Positions 9,535 through 19,347 are shown, numbered from the stretch's first letter. The stretch is 40,280 bases of DNA from Promethearchaeota archaeon (GCA_048941015.1 JBHLNZ010000027.1:3334-43613), one strand, 5' to 3'. Translations and numbers: made by a program. Notes: a model not told the origin generated them from the letters alone.

Positions 9535-10575
9535 ATGATTAAATATTCTATTAAAAGAATTTTAGTAGCAATTATTATATCCATAATGATTCCTAATGTA
9601 ATTTTTGGATATTACATTTCTCATCGCAATTATAAATCAGATGTGATTTCTTCGGAAAATAATATCTTTTATAGTTATGCTTTACAGGATTCAACCAGAT
9701 TAACAAAACAAAATTTGAATGATCTGGGGGAGATTGATTCTTTAGATCTTACGGTGTTATCGGACAATTATCCCAATGGCGAGCTTTCAACTCAGTGGGG
9801 TTTATCTATATTAGTAGAGACTAATAATTTGACTGTTTTAATCGACACTGGACAATCATACTCCACTTTGAGTGAGAATTCTCTTTCATTAAACAAAAAT
9901 TTAAATGAAGTTGATTTTGTGGTAATATCGCATCAACATGTGGATCATATAGGCGGTTTGTCATATGTCGCAGAAGTAAATCCAGGGGTGACTGTTTATG
10001 TCCCCTACCTTATAGACAATCAAATTTTCAATAGTATCAACCAATCAAATCTAAATGTCATAAAAATTAATGAAACAACTATAATACAACAGGGTTTTGC
10101 AATTTTAGGGGAGTTAAATGGTCCTCCTTATGAACAAGCATTAGTAGTGAATGTGAAAGATGTGGGACTTGTAAGTTTTGTAGGATGCAGTCACCCAAGA
10201 GTGGAAAATCTTATCGAAAAAGCTTCTACTGACTTAGGGTATAATCCCTATATAGTGATAGGAGGTTTTCATATGCTTGCTGCAAATGAACAACAAATTA
10301 AGGATACGATTGAAAGACTTTTCGAACTCGGTATAAAAAAGATATTCCCAATTCATTGCAGTGGAGACCTCTTTCGTGAATATATGTCAGAACATTATCC
10401 TCGACAGTATGGAAAAGGAAATGTTGGATTTCAGTTGACGATTAATAAACTCACTATGAATCCAATAGATCCTCTTCTGATAACATATTATATCTTAATT
10501 CCGGTTATCATTATTGTATTAACAGTTCTGACTGGATGGTTTATACGAAAGAAAATTGTAGTAAAAAGAGCCTGA
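9535..10575 (+). CDS. MBL-fold metallo-hydrolase with N-terminal signal/TM and C-terminal TM anchor
   Basis: 'LIDTG', 'SHQHVDHIGG', 'GCSHP', 'GGFH', 'PIHCSG'. Confidence 0.88.
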   Translation: MIKYSIKRILVAIIISIMIPNVIFGYYISHRNYKSDVISSENNIFYSYALQDSTRLTKQNLNDLGEIDSLDLTVLSDNYPNGELSTQWGLSILVETNNLTVLIDTGQSYSTLSENSLSLNKNLNEVDFVVISHQHVDHIGGLSYVAEVNPGVTVYVPYLIDNQIFNSINQSNLNVIKINETTIIQQGFAILGELNGPPYEQALVVNVKDVGLVSFVGCSHPRVENLIEKASTDLGYNPYIVIGGFHMLAANEQQIKDTIERLFELGIKKIFPIHCSGDLFREYMSEHYPRQYGKGNVGFQLTINKLTMNPIDPLLITYYILIPVIIIVLTVLTGWFIRKKIVVKRA

Positions 10576-10614
10576 ATTTAAGGAAATCACATGATTAAGA
10601 ATTATAATTTTAAT

Positions 10615-10662
10615 AATTTCCATAGAATTTTCATGGAAATCAGACTCTAAATTTACCTTTTC
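10615..10662 (+). repeat. Dispersed intergenic repeat R1, copy A
   Basis: AATTTCCATAGAATTTTCATGGAAATCAGACTCTAAATTTACCTTTTC. Confidence 0.85.
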
Positions 10663-10676
10663 TAAAAATAAATTTT

Positions 10677-11342
10677 TTAATAAAGAAAGGGTAATAATCT
10701 TTTAGTTTTCCTTTTATATTCTTCAAATTCTTGGCCAAACTTCGCTAGTAAAATTCTTTCTTCTTCTATAATACGCATTCTATAAATCAAGAAAGTATAG
10801 ATAAACATTATAATAAGAGTAATAATACATCTAAAAATTAAGCAGAATCCAATCGTAGCAATTAAACCACCGGAATACATGGGATTTCGAATATATTTAT
10901 ATACACCCTGAGTAAAGAGTTGATGATCCTCTTCGGTACTTAACTCCGCAGTTCCAAATCGCCCTAAATGTGCTCGTGAGACAAGTGTAAGTATAGCTCC
11001 GATAAGATAAAAAATAAATCCTAAATAACTAATAATAATATTATCCCATATAGGAAGTATTTGGGATATGAGCAGTGTATTTTCAAGATAGGCTCCTATT
11101 AAGAAGAACGGAGAAAGTAAAAGCATCGTTAATATTAAGATATCGTATATTTTTGAGGCGCTTTTCTCTTCTGGAAGAGAACGAATCAACGTATCTGCAA
11201 GGGTGAACATATATGCAGTAAGTAAATAAATAACATAAATAGGAATTGAGTATACTTCTGGTACAAGAATAATGTAGAATATGTTCTGATAAATGAGGTA
11301 AACAAAAATGAAAAGTAAAAGCTTCTTTATAAGATCTTTCAT
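10677..11342 (-). CDS. Isoprenylcysteine carboxyl methyltransferase (ICMT/Ste14) family protein
   Basis: 'HQLFTQGVYKYIRNPMYSG', 'EEERILLAKFGQEFEEY', multi-TM. Confidence 0.9.
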   Translation of the reverse strand: MKDLIKKLLLFIFVYLIYQNIFYIILVPEVYSIPIYVIYLLTAYMFTLADTLIRSLPEEKSASKIYDILILTMLLLSPFFLIGAYLENTLLISQILPIWDNIIISYLGFIFYLIGAILTLVSRAHLGRFGTAELSTEEDHQLFTQGVYKYIRNPMYSGGLIATIGFCLIFRCIITLIIMFIYTFLIYRMRIIEEERILLAKFGQEFEEYKRKTKRLLPFLY

Positions 11343-11456
11343 TTTAATATTATATCTTTTTTAATTATTTATATTAATTTTATATATAAATATTTTTAAT
11401 GTCCCTACCATTTGAAATTTTATAAATGCTTTTAAGAATGTTTCTAGTGTGAAATC

Positions 11457-13193
11457 ATGCGTTTAATAATGAAACTTGGTTACCTTTTTGCACCTTTTAT
11501 TAGATTAGGTAATTTAGTTAAAAGAACTGTATCATCCTACATTAGCAGATTACGCGCATTAAAATCATCTAATACTACCTTCAAACTGGGTTCATGGAAT
11601 AATAATGCTCTTATCCAAACTAAGTATGGTTTGATATCTGGTTTTTCAGATAAAAATTGTTGGTGTTGGAAGGGAATTCCCTATGCAAATCCTCCGGTAG
11701 GTCCACTTCGTTGGAAAGCACCAAGTGATCCAACACCTTGGATTGGAACTCGTAAAACAAAAAAGTTTGGGAACTCTGCAGCACAAGTAATGCCTATAAT
11801 AGGGCCAACTGGTTCAGAGGATTGCCTTTACCTCAACATTTGGCGTCCTAAAACACCAGAGGTAAAATTACCAGTTTATCTATACATCCATGGAGGGGGG
11901 AACTCAATCGGAACATCTGCAGATAGATCTTATTATGGTAATGCGGTTGTTGAGAAGTCTAACTTGTTGTATATCTCAGTTAATTACCGTCTTGGAGCAA
12001 TGGGTTGGTTTATACATCCTGCAGTAACAAATACTGGTTCTCCTGAAGATAAAAGTGGGAATTTTGGCACTCTTGATCTAATAAAAGCCTTAGAATGGGT
12101 AAGAGCCAATATTGAAGCATTTGGTGGCGATCCTGATAATATTACGATCGCGGGTGAATCTGGCGGGGCTTTTAATGTTCTCTCACTCCTAATATCTTCT
12201 GCTGCAAAAGGATTATTCCATCGTGCTATCGCTGAAAGTGGAATGTCTTTTATTTGGAGTACTAAAACTGCTGAAGCTCAAAGTATCAATCTTCTGATAG
12301 CACTCCTCATTAAAGATCGTAGAGCTAAGAATCAAGAAGAAGCTCGCCAAATTATCGATCAAATGTCGGAAAAAGAAGTTAATGATTACTTTCATTCAAA
12401 ATCTGCGTTTAAGATAATTAAAAGTATCCCTACTATAGATTTTGGAATGGCAGATTGGCGAGCTATTTTTACCGATGGTACTGTAATACCAAAAGAAGGA
12501 TATACAATTTTTTCAACTGGAGAGTGGGCAAATAAAGTACCATTAATTATTGGTTGTACTAAGGACGAATTGAAGCTTTTTGGTTATTTTAGAAAAGATC
12601 CCCCCCATAGGACAAGAGAATATGACTTGATTTGGGGTTATCGTTCCCTACTCTGGCGTGTGAGTGGTCTTGATTCTTTAGTATGTCAAATGACTTTGAA
12701 TTCTAATATACCTATTTATGCGTATCGATTCGATTGGGGAAGTCCAGATAATCAGGGTATGAGTGTTCTTCCGAAAAAAATGGGAAGAGATTTGGGTGCT
12801 CACCATGCTGCAGAAATTCCTTTCTTTTTAGGAACGGGTATGGGTAGTATATCTCTGATTTTAGGAAAAACCCACACTAAGCGTAATCGAATTGGTCGGG
12901 AGAAATTAACAGATTTATGTATGAGTTATCTTGCTAATTTTGCGCGAACAGGAAATCCAAACCGAGAAAGTATACCTCATTGGTCACCTTGGGATAATAC
13001 TGAAGGAAAAAACAAGATTCTTGTCCTTGACGCTGGATTTGAAGACTTGAGACTTTCATACATAAAGGATATAATCACTCTTCAAGGTGTTCTGGATCTC
13101 ATCAATTTTGAACTCAAAGAACCTGAACTAGGGAGGATACTAACGATTCTTGATGAGATGATGCCCTTTGGAGTAAATAAACATGAGGGATGA
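11457..13193 (+). CDS. Type-B carboxylesterase/lipase
   Basis: 'KGIPYA.PPVGPLRWKAP', 'SEDCLYLNIW', 'HGGG', 'GESGG' nucleophile, 'AHHAAEIPF'. Confidence 0.93.
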   Translation: MRLIMKLGYLFAPFIRLGNLVKRTVSSYISRLRALKSSNTTFKLGSWNNNALIQTKYGLISGFSDKNCWCWKGIPYANPPVGPLRWKAPSDPTPWIGTRKTKKFGNSAAQVMPIIGPTGSEDCLYLNIWRPKTPEVKLPVYLYIHGGGNSIGTSADRSYYGNAVVEKSNLLYISVNYRLGAMGWFIHPAVTNTGSPEDKSGNFGTLDLIKALEWVRANIEAFGGDPDNITIAGESGGAFNVLSLLISSAAKGLFHRAIAESGMSFIWSTKTAEAQSINLLIALLIKDRRAKNQEEARQIIDQMSEKEVNDYFHSKSAFKIIKSIPTIDFGMADWRAIFTDGTVIPKEGYTIFSTGEWANKVPLIIGCTKDELKLFGYFRKDPPHRTREYDLIWGYRSLLWRVSGLDSLVCQMTLNSNIPIYAYRFDWGSPDNQGMSVLPKKMGRDLGAHHAAEIPFFLGTGMGSISLILGKTHTKRNRIGREKLTDLCMSYLANFARTGNPNRESIPHWSPWDNTEGKNKILVLDAGFEDLRLSYIKDIITLQGVLDLINFELKEPELGRILTILDEMMPFGVNKHEG

Positions 13194-13300
13194 ATAAAGC
13201 AGCTAATTTTTTCAAATTCAACCTGACTCAGAAATAAATATTCGTTTCACTAAAGTATAAAGCTATTTATTACACATTTTGGTTCTAATGGTTATTATAA

Positions 13301-13492
13301 TTATTTTGATGATAACAACATTATTATTAATCCAACTAACACAAGAATTAATCCTAAACTTATAGCAATAATAACTGTGATTATCCTCAAATCAAGAGCC
13401 CAGTGACTATAACCCCAATATACAATACCACCAATAAGGAAGATCAACCCTAAGACTAAAATGCCTAAACCAATTATTTTACGATTTTCTAT
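13301..13492 (-). CDS. Small two-TM membrane protein (~63 aa), apparently with a non-canonical (ATA/ATT) start
   Basis: (M)ENRKIIGLGILVLGLIFLIGGIVYWGYSHWALDLRIITVIIAISLGLILVLVGLIIMLLSSK*; no ATG/GTG/TTG between the upstream in-frame stop and TM1. Confidence 0.55.
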   Translation of the reverse strand: MENRKIIGLGILVLGLIFLIGGIVYWGYSHWALDLRIITVIIAISLGLILVLVGLIIMLLSSK

Positions 13493-13591
13493 ATTCCTTC
13501 CATGTTTACTTAAAATAATACTTCTTACTCGTATTTATAATTTTTTATTAGTCTTCTGAACTATAATTACGATTTAAGATTATTTTTTGCG

Positions 13592-13642
13592 TTTAAATAG
13601 AATTTTTATGGAAATCAGACGCTGAATTTACCATTACATCCA
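13592..13642 (+). repeat. Dispersed intergenic repeat R1, copy B
   Basis: TTTAAATAGAATTTTTATGGAAATCAGACGCTGAATTTACCATTACATCCA. Confidence 0.85.
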
Positions 13643-13846
13643 TATAAGAAAAAATGTGAAACTAAATTCTTCGCACACGGAAATACTCCTTTCGCCTTCT
13701 TCTTAAATCTCCGCTCAAGATACTTCTCCACAAATTATATATATTCAAGTGTCTTTTATGTTGATCAACACATTCTTTCCAAAAATCTAAAAATATATCA
13801 TTAGAATTGCTTAGTAATCAAATTTTTAAAATAAGGAGGAGTTAAT

Positions 13847-14206
13847 ATGGAAAAGATAAATAAAATACAAGTAAGTGCCAATATAAAGATTCCAGAGGGT
13901 AAACTAGAAGAATTTAAGCAACTAGCGATCGAGTGTATGAAACAGACAAGAGATAAAGATAAAGGAACGCTTAGATATGACTGGTTTATTAGCAGAGACC
14001 AGACTGAGTGCGAAGTTCGTGAAGAATATAAAAACTCAGAGACTTTCATAGAACATATGGTTAATCTTGGCCAAATTCTAACAAAACTTTTTAATGAATT
14101 TCCCATGGATCGTTTGGCGGTGTATGGTGACCTTTCAACACAGCTTCAAGAAATGATTAAGAGATCAGAACCAAAATTATATTCTTTCTTTCAGGGACTT
14201 GAGTAA
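13847..14206 (+). CDS. Antibiotic biosynthesis monooxygenase (ABM)/putative quinol monooxygenase family protein
   Basis: 'IKIPEGKLEEFK', 'GTLRYDWF', 'EEYKNSETFIEH'; SD AGGAGG. Confidence 0.85.
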   Translation: MEKINKIQVSANIKIPEGKLEEFKQLAIECMKQTRDKDKGTLRYDWFISRDQTECEVREEYKNSETFIEHMVNLGQILTKLFNEFPMDRLAVYGDLSTQLQEMIKRSEPKLYSFFQGLE

Positions 14207-14317
14207 GGTTTTATATGAGAACGTTTTAAATTTTTTTAGACTTTCTTTAATTTTATTAGATAGGCGCAATCGTGAAGGATTTTCCTCATTCTTATTTTTT
14301 TATTAATTATCTGTTTT

Positions 14318-14386
14318 ATTTCAAAGGAATTCTCATTGAAATCAGACGCTGAATTTACCTTTTCATTCAAATTCGTATGAAAATTT
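14318..14386 (+). repeat. Dispersed intergenic repeat R1, copy C
   Basis: ATTTCAAAGGAATTCTCATTGAAATCAGACGCTGAATTTACCTTTTCATTCAAATTCGTATGAAAATTT. Confidence 0.9.
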
Positions 14387-14460
14387 ATTGATTTTATTTC
14401 AAAAATTCTTTCTTGATGAATATGGTGGACTTTTTTTTCATATTTTTATCAATCCTTTTT

Positions 14461-15297
14461 TCAAAATTTTATAGATTCTAATCTTAAATATTGGTCATAA
14501 ACTTGCTGAGGATCGCCAGCGAACATCTTTTTGAATTGTGGTTTTAATATTAAATTAATTAATCCCGCGATAATGCTCTTAAAGATTCCTATTCTAGTGT
14601 CGTAATAATATTGCTTATCATCTTCCAGCCATCCTTGTTCAAACCAATATTTATAATCGGCATTAGTTTCATCTATTGCTATCTTATGTAGTGCTTTTCT
14701 TATTTTAAATCCAAGAACAACTCCTAAACTTGGTTTTTGATACCTTTTCCCGTTTAATGCCTTGATGAATATTTTACATGCAGTCTTTATTTTCTTTATT
14801 ATCTTTTTTTCTGCTCCTCCAATGGGTATTGTCCGTACCTCTAATCGGTGGACGAAATTAAATCCCCAAGAATTAGCTACTTGATTGAAATACTTTGTTA
14901 TCTTCTTTGCATCTGCGATACCTTCATTACACACACCTATAGCAATTTTTCCGAAAAAACAAGGTCTATGAAAAATATATGCAAACCTGTCAAAAAAATT
15001 TTTCATGAGTGCAGGAACATGCAAGGCATAAGCAGGAGCCATGAAAATTACACCATCCGCTTGATTAATTTTGTCAAAAATATTATTCCGATCGTCATTT
15101 CCTACCGGGCACTTATCTTCCCCTTTAAAAAAGCAATTTAAACACCCTCTACATGATTCTAGATTAACATCTTTAAGATATAAGTATTCAAATTCAACTT
15201 CCTGAAGCAATTTTAATTCAAATTCCAACTTTTCCATGATTATGGTTCCATATCCTTTTCTAGGACCACCCATTATCGTTAAGACTTTCATCTTCAA
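14461..15297 (-). CDS. Flavodoxin-like / NADPH-dependent FMN reductase (iron-sulfur flavoprotein-like)
   Basis: 'GGPRKG', CxxCxxCx6C 'CRGCLNCFFKGEDKC', 'APAY', 'MKNFFDR'. Confidence 0.88.
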   Translation of the reverse strand: MKMKVLTIMGGPRKGYGTIIMEKLEFELKLLQEVEFEYLYLKDVNLESCRGCLNCFFKGEDKCPVGNDDRNNIFDKINQADGVIFMAPAYALHVPALMKNFFDRFAYIFHRPCFFGKIAIGVCNEGIADAKKITKYFNQVANSWGFNFVHRLEVRTIPIGGAEKKIIKKIKTACKIFIKALNGKRYQKPSLGVVLGFKIRKALHKIAIDETNADYKYWFEQGWLEDDKQYYYDTRIGIFKSIIAGLINLILKPQFKKMFAGDPQQVYDQYLRLESIKF

Positions 15298-15610
15298 TTC
15301 GTTATATTATTTTATTGAGGATTTTAACCTAACCTGAACTATACTTTTTCAAATTCAAATTTGATTAAGACTGTTTCAAAGGTTAAGCAAACTTCCCGTT
15401 GATTAATATAATATAATAAATTTTCATATTTAAACTTGTTGGATCTACATAGTCTTTGTCAATTCAACATAGTCACAAATATTAATTCTTGGAAAAGAGA
15501 GCCTTTATTCGATTGAAGAACATTTCTTGAGGGTTTTTTTTTAAGAAAGCTTTTAATTCAATGAGATTTAAATGTAGAATATTGTTTGACAAAATGAGGA
15601 ATTTTATGCG

Positions 15611-15847
15611 ATGTTTCAAATAGAAGAAGCACCCACTGGCACCACTAAATGTGATTGGTGTGGAGAGCTTATTAAAAAAAGCACACTTAGGCTTAGATTT
15701 GCCCCACAAAAAGGTTATAATTATTATTGGCATCAAGATTGTGGGATAAAATATTTGGAAGGTCTAAAAATTTTGCTACAAAATGGCGAAAAAGGTCATA
15801 TTGGTCGAGCAGAAGCAGATAAAGCTCGCAAAGATGCGGGGTTATAA
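15611..15847 (+). CDS. Stand-alone PARP-type zinc finger protein
   Basis: 'IEEAPTGTTKCDWCGELIKKSTLRL...WHQDC' fits the CxxC...HxxC zf-PARP pattern. Confidence 0.7.
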   Translation: MFQIEEAPTGTTKCDWCGELIKKSTLRLRFAPQKGYNYYWHQDCGIKYLEGLKILLQNGEKGHIGRAEADKARKDAGL

Positions 15848-15920
15848 ATTAGTGGCTTTGCCAGTTTTACAATAAACAAAATTTTGATAAAATTCGAATG
15901 AAATCAAAAGGAGAAATAAA

Positions 15921-16955
15921 ATGAGTGGTGTGAATCTGATTATTAAAAATATTAAGGAAGAAATTACAAACCCAAAACCATCCAGTAATCGCATTATAAC
16001 CTATTTACATGATTTACGGACTAAAGAAGAGTATCAATCGCTTTCTAATGTAGAATTTTATGATATTGTAGGAGAGACTTTCAAATTAAATCCTGAGTAT
16101 TTTATGAAACGTATTTATGGAAAATATTTTCATAATAGGGAAATGGAAAAATATATTATTAGAAAATTTTGCTTGTATGATGGAGAACAAATAATCTATG
16201 AATGTGATGGGAGTATAAGACAAAGAAATCAGGATAATGTAAAAGTATCAGTACTTGGAAGAATTTATATAACTAATTATAGAATCATTGCTCAAGGTAC
16301 GCTTTCAGTAAGCGGAGGACGATTAAGTGGGGGTGGAAATTTATTGGATTTGGTAATACCCCTTATGACAGGACGCCGTAAAAGGACTAAAAGCAAGAAA
16401 GGGCTTATTGAAGGTTCTACATATCAGGAATTACCCTGTTATGGATATCAGTTCCCAATTAGAAATCATGTAAAATTGAAGAAAAAAGGCGATGGGATAA
16501 GATATATTGTGACTCCTCAACTCTTCTTTAAGTTGAGGAATGTGTTTAAAGTAATTCAAATATCACTCGGATATCCATTAGAAGATAAAATAAACAAACT
16601 CTTTCAAGTATTATCTAAGGATGTGAATCAAATTATAGATTCATTTAGAGAATTACATGAAATGGGATTAAATCGAAGATCTAAAAAGAAAGAATTTATA
16701 TATAGATTACGCCAATTATGGAAAAGTGAAGAGTATCAGCAACTTTTTGATTCAAATTATTTAGATGTTGTAATAAGAGTGTATGAATTAGATCCTGAGT
16801 TTTTTATGACTTCAATTTATCCAAAAATGATGTCCTGGAAATTTCCATCATTTGTAAGAGTGAAAGAAGAAATAATATCACTTATTGATAAGTTAAACAG
16901 CGAATTTGTTCCTTCTAAACCAGAAACAGACGAAAACAACGATTTAGATGATTAA
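15921..16955 (+). CDS. Hypothetical protein: central PH/GRAM-like domain flanked by a duplicated helical module
   Basis: 'LYDGEQIIYEC...GRIYITNYRII'; internal repeat EEYQSL...LNPEYFMKRIY / EEYQQL...LDPEFFMTSIY. Confidence 0.6.
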   Translation: MSGVNLIIKNIKEEITNPKPSSNRIITYLHDLRTKEEYQSLSNVEFYDIVGETFKLNPEYFMKRIYGKYFHNREMEKYIIRKFCLYDGEQIIYECDGSIRQRNQDNVKVSVLGRIYITNYRIIAQGTLSVSGGRLSGGGNLLDLVIPLMTGRRKRTKSKKGLIEGSTYQELPCYGYQFPIRNHVKLKKKGDGIRYIVTPQLFFKLRNVFKVIQISLGYPLEDKINKLFQVLSKDVNQIIDSFRELHEMGLNRRSKKKEFIYRLRQLWKSEEYQQLFDSNYLDVVIRVYELDPEFFMTSIYPKMMSWKFPSFVRVKEEIISLIDKLNSEFVPSKPETDENNDLDD

Positions 16956-17123
16956 TAATTCATAAATTAGAAACTCAGATACTATATTTTTTCTTTTAAT
17001 TGTTAAGGGGATCAGACAGAGTTTACCTATATTTTGACCGATCATGGGTTCCAAATTATTGAGATTATGTAATTCATTTTAGGCTTTCATCTTTAATTGT
17101 GAGAAAAACTATTTTTTCTCTCA

Positions 17124-17192
17124 TTTTTTCACTAAATTTTCATTGAACTTGGACGCTGAATTTACTTTTCCAACTTAATTTCAAAGGAAATT
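17124..17192 (+). repeat. Dispersed intergenic repeat R1, copy D
   Basis: TTTTTTCACTAAATTTTCATTGAACTTGGACGCTGAATTTACTTTTCCAACTTAATTTCAAAGGAAATT. Confidence 0.85.
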
Positions 17193-17224
17193 TACTTTTG
17201 TGTTTAAATAGATTTAAATATAAA

Positions 17225-17280
17225 ATTGATCATATTGATCATATTGATCATATTGATCATAATGATCACAATTAGATCAA
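17225..17280 (+). promoter_or_regulatory. 9-bp tandem repeat (ATTGATCAT x4 plus 2 degenerate units); probable operator of the adjacent RHH gene
   Basis: Perfect units at 17225, 17234, 17243 and 17252, then AATGATCAC and AATTAGATCAA; ends 6 nt before the RHH ORF. Confidence 0.7.
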
Positions 17281-17286
17281 TATTAA

Positions 17287-17670
17287 GTGTTTAAAATGAA
17301 GGATGAAAAAAAAGAGAAATTTATTAAAGTCATGGTATCCGAAAAGCTATACAAAAAAATAGACAGATATTCACACTTACAACTACAAACTAAGTCCGAA
17401 TTTATTAGATCTGCAGTAAGGAAAAGGATTGCTGAAATTGATAAATCAATCTATCCTAACAAAACAGATCCACAGTTTAAAAAGAATAATGTTCTTAGAC
17501 ACGATATCCTGAAAGAACTAAAAACCTCGCAATCCGCTCACGAGAAAGGAGCATTTCTAAAGAAACCAAGTGAGCAAGAACTCAAAGAACGAGAAAAATT
17601 GCTTCAAAAACGGAAGAGGGAATTAGAAAAGGAATTAAATAACATAGAAAATGCATTAACAAAACAATAA
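17287..17670 (+). CDS. Ribbon-helix-helix (CopG/MetJ/Arc-like) protein with C-terminal coiled coil
   Basis: 'FIKVMVSEKLYKKIDRYS...TKSEFIRSAVRKRI' is an RHH signature; alternative ATG at 17296. Confidence 0.8.
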   Translation: MFKMKDEKKEKFIKVMVSEKLYKKIDRYSHLQLQTKSEFIRSAVRKRIAEIDKSIYPNKTDPQFKKNNVLRHDILKELKTSQSAHEKGAFLKKPSEQELKEREKLLQKRKRELEKELNNIENALTKQ

Positions 17671-17803
17671 TCAATTTAATTTATCAGATATTTATATTGA
17701 ACCTTGAACTCGTCTTTCGAGTACTACACACTCGCGTTGTTAAGGAAATGAAATATCAAATAATTTACTAAACCTAATCCTTATCTTTCTTTTCTATTTC
17801 GTG

Positions 17804-17871
17804 TTTTCAATGGAATTTTCATTGAAATCAGACGCTGAATTTACCTTTCCTATCCAATTTCACAGAAAATT
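17804..17871 (+). repeat. Dispersed intergenic repeat R1, copy E (closest to consensus)
   Basis: TTTTCAATGGAATTTTCATTGAAATCAGACGCTGAATTTACCTTTCCTATCCAATTTCACAGAAAATT. Confidence 0.9.
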
Positions 17872-17977
17872 GGGACAATATTTAAAAAGATTCGAACTTA
17901 GAATTTATTAAGACGGAGAAATATACAGGATTAACTTTAAAATAGTAATATAAACCAAGGCAAATTACATAATTTTA

Positions 17978-19264
17978 ATGAAAATTGAACTATTAAATCC
18001 TATAGGTTTTGAAAGATTATCACGTGAATTTCAGAGTTATATAGATGATAATAAAACTGGCTGCATTCTATGTGCAATTTATCATCAAAATAAACTTGTG
18101 TATTGTAATAAATTTGGTTGGAAAGATAAATTCAATCAGATTCCAATTGCTTTTGATGATATCTTCCGAATATATTCGATGACAAAACCAATTACTTGTT
18201 TGGCTGCATTAATTCTTTATGAACAGGATAAATTTGATTTAGATGATCCACTTGAAAATTATCTTCCAGAGTTTAAAAATCTCAAAGTATTGAAATCTTA
18301 TGATGAGGAAACTGGTGAAACAGAATTAAAGGATACTGAAAATCCGATCACTATTAAACAGCTTTTTACTCATACATCTGGGCTTAGTTATGGTGATGAT
18401 CCAGAAGAAGTCCCAGTTGATAAGCTGTATGGAGAAGAATTTGGCTTTACTGGTGAAAATAGGTTAAAATCAAAACTAGAGATGTTCCCCATAATGCCAC
18501 CGTTAGAAGAATTTAGCAAACGTTTAGCAACTCTTCCACTTGTTTTCGAACCAGGAACCCATTGGTGGTATGCTTTTAGTCATGAAATTTTGGGCTATTT
18601 AATAGAAAAACTATCAGGAAAGAAATTAGATGTGTTTTGTAGAGAGGAGCTTTTTGATAAATTGGGTATGAATGATACTGATTTTTATGTTCCCAAAGAA
18701 AAATGGAAAAGATTAACAAAAGTATACACTAAAGATCAAACTGGCAAACTAATCGAAGTAGAAGGGGATATTTATGAAGGATTCAAACATAAAATCCAGT
18801 ACCTATCAGGTGGAGGGGGCCTTGTATCCACTTTAAAAGATTACATGAAATTTTGCTTAATGATGCTAAATGGAGGGAGATATCAAGACATACAAATTGT
18901 ATCTAAGGATATAATCAAACTGATGACAACCAATCAATTACCGAATAATAAAAATTTTCTAGATATGCAATATATAAAATATGAAGATTCTGAATCAATA
19001 AAAAGAAACGAAGGATATGGTTTTGGATTGGGTGTAATGGTGAAAATAGCCGAAAATATGTCAAGAAGTGGAATTGGAGATTTTAGTTGGGGCGGAGCTT
19101 TTAATACATTCTTTGAAGTAGATCCTGCGAATCAAGTAATTTCAATAGTTTTAACACAATATTGTCCAGAAGACAGTGATTGGATATTTCCTATTGATTG
19201 GGTCAGAATAGGCAATTTGGTTTACGAGGCATTAGAAAAAACAAGTAAAAGCAAGATAACATGA
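17978..19264 (+). CDS. Serine hydrolase, beta-lactamase class C/esterase family
   Basis: 'FRIYSMTK' (SxxK), 'LFTHTSG', 'FEPGTHWWY', 'GGGGLVST', 'FSWGG'. Confidence 0.92.
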   Translation: MKIELLNPIGFERLSREFQSYIDDNKTGCILCAIYHQNKLVYCNKFGWKDKFNQIPIAFDDIFRIYSMTKPITCLAALILYEQDKFDLDDPLENYLPEFKNLKVLKSYDEETGETELKDTENPITIKQLFTHTSGLSYGDDPEEVPVDKLYGEEFGFTGENRLKSKLEMFPIMPPLEEFSKRLATLPLVFEPGTHWWYAFSHEILGYLIEKLSGKKLDVFCREELFDKLGMNDTDFYVPKEKWKRLTKVYTKDQTGKLIEVEGDIYEGFKHKIQYLSGGGGLVSTLKDYMKFCLMMLNGGRYQDIQIVSKDIIKLMTTNQLPNNKNFLDMQYIKYEDSESIKRNEGYGFGLGVMVKIAENMSRSGIGDFSWGGAFNTFFEVDPANQVISIVLTQYCPEDSDWIFPIDWVRIGNLVYEALEKTSKSKIT

Positions 19265-19291
19265 AACAGAACGGATGAGGAAATTATTTCA

Positions 19292-19347
19292 TTTTTTCAA
19301 TAAAATTTTCATTGAAATCAGATCCTGAATTTACCTTTTCTGAAATT
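19292..19347 (+). repeat. Dispersed intergenic repeat R1, copy F
   Basis: TTTTTTCAATAAAATTTTCATTGAAATCAGATCCTGAATTTACCTTTTCTGAAATT. Confidence 0.88.

Noticed and set aside
17225-17280. Tandem repeat as a mini-CRISPR
   Set aside because: The 9-bp units are contiguous, with no spacers.
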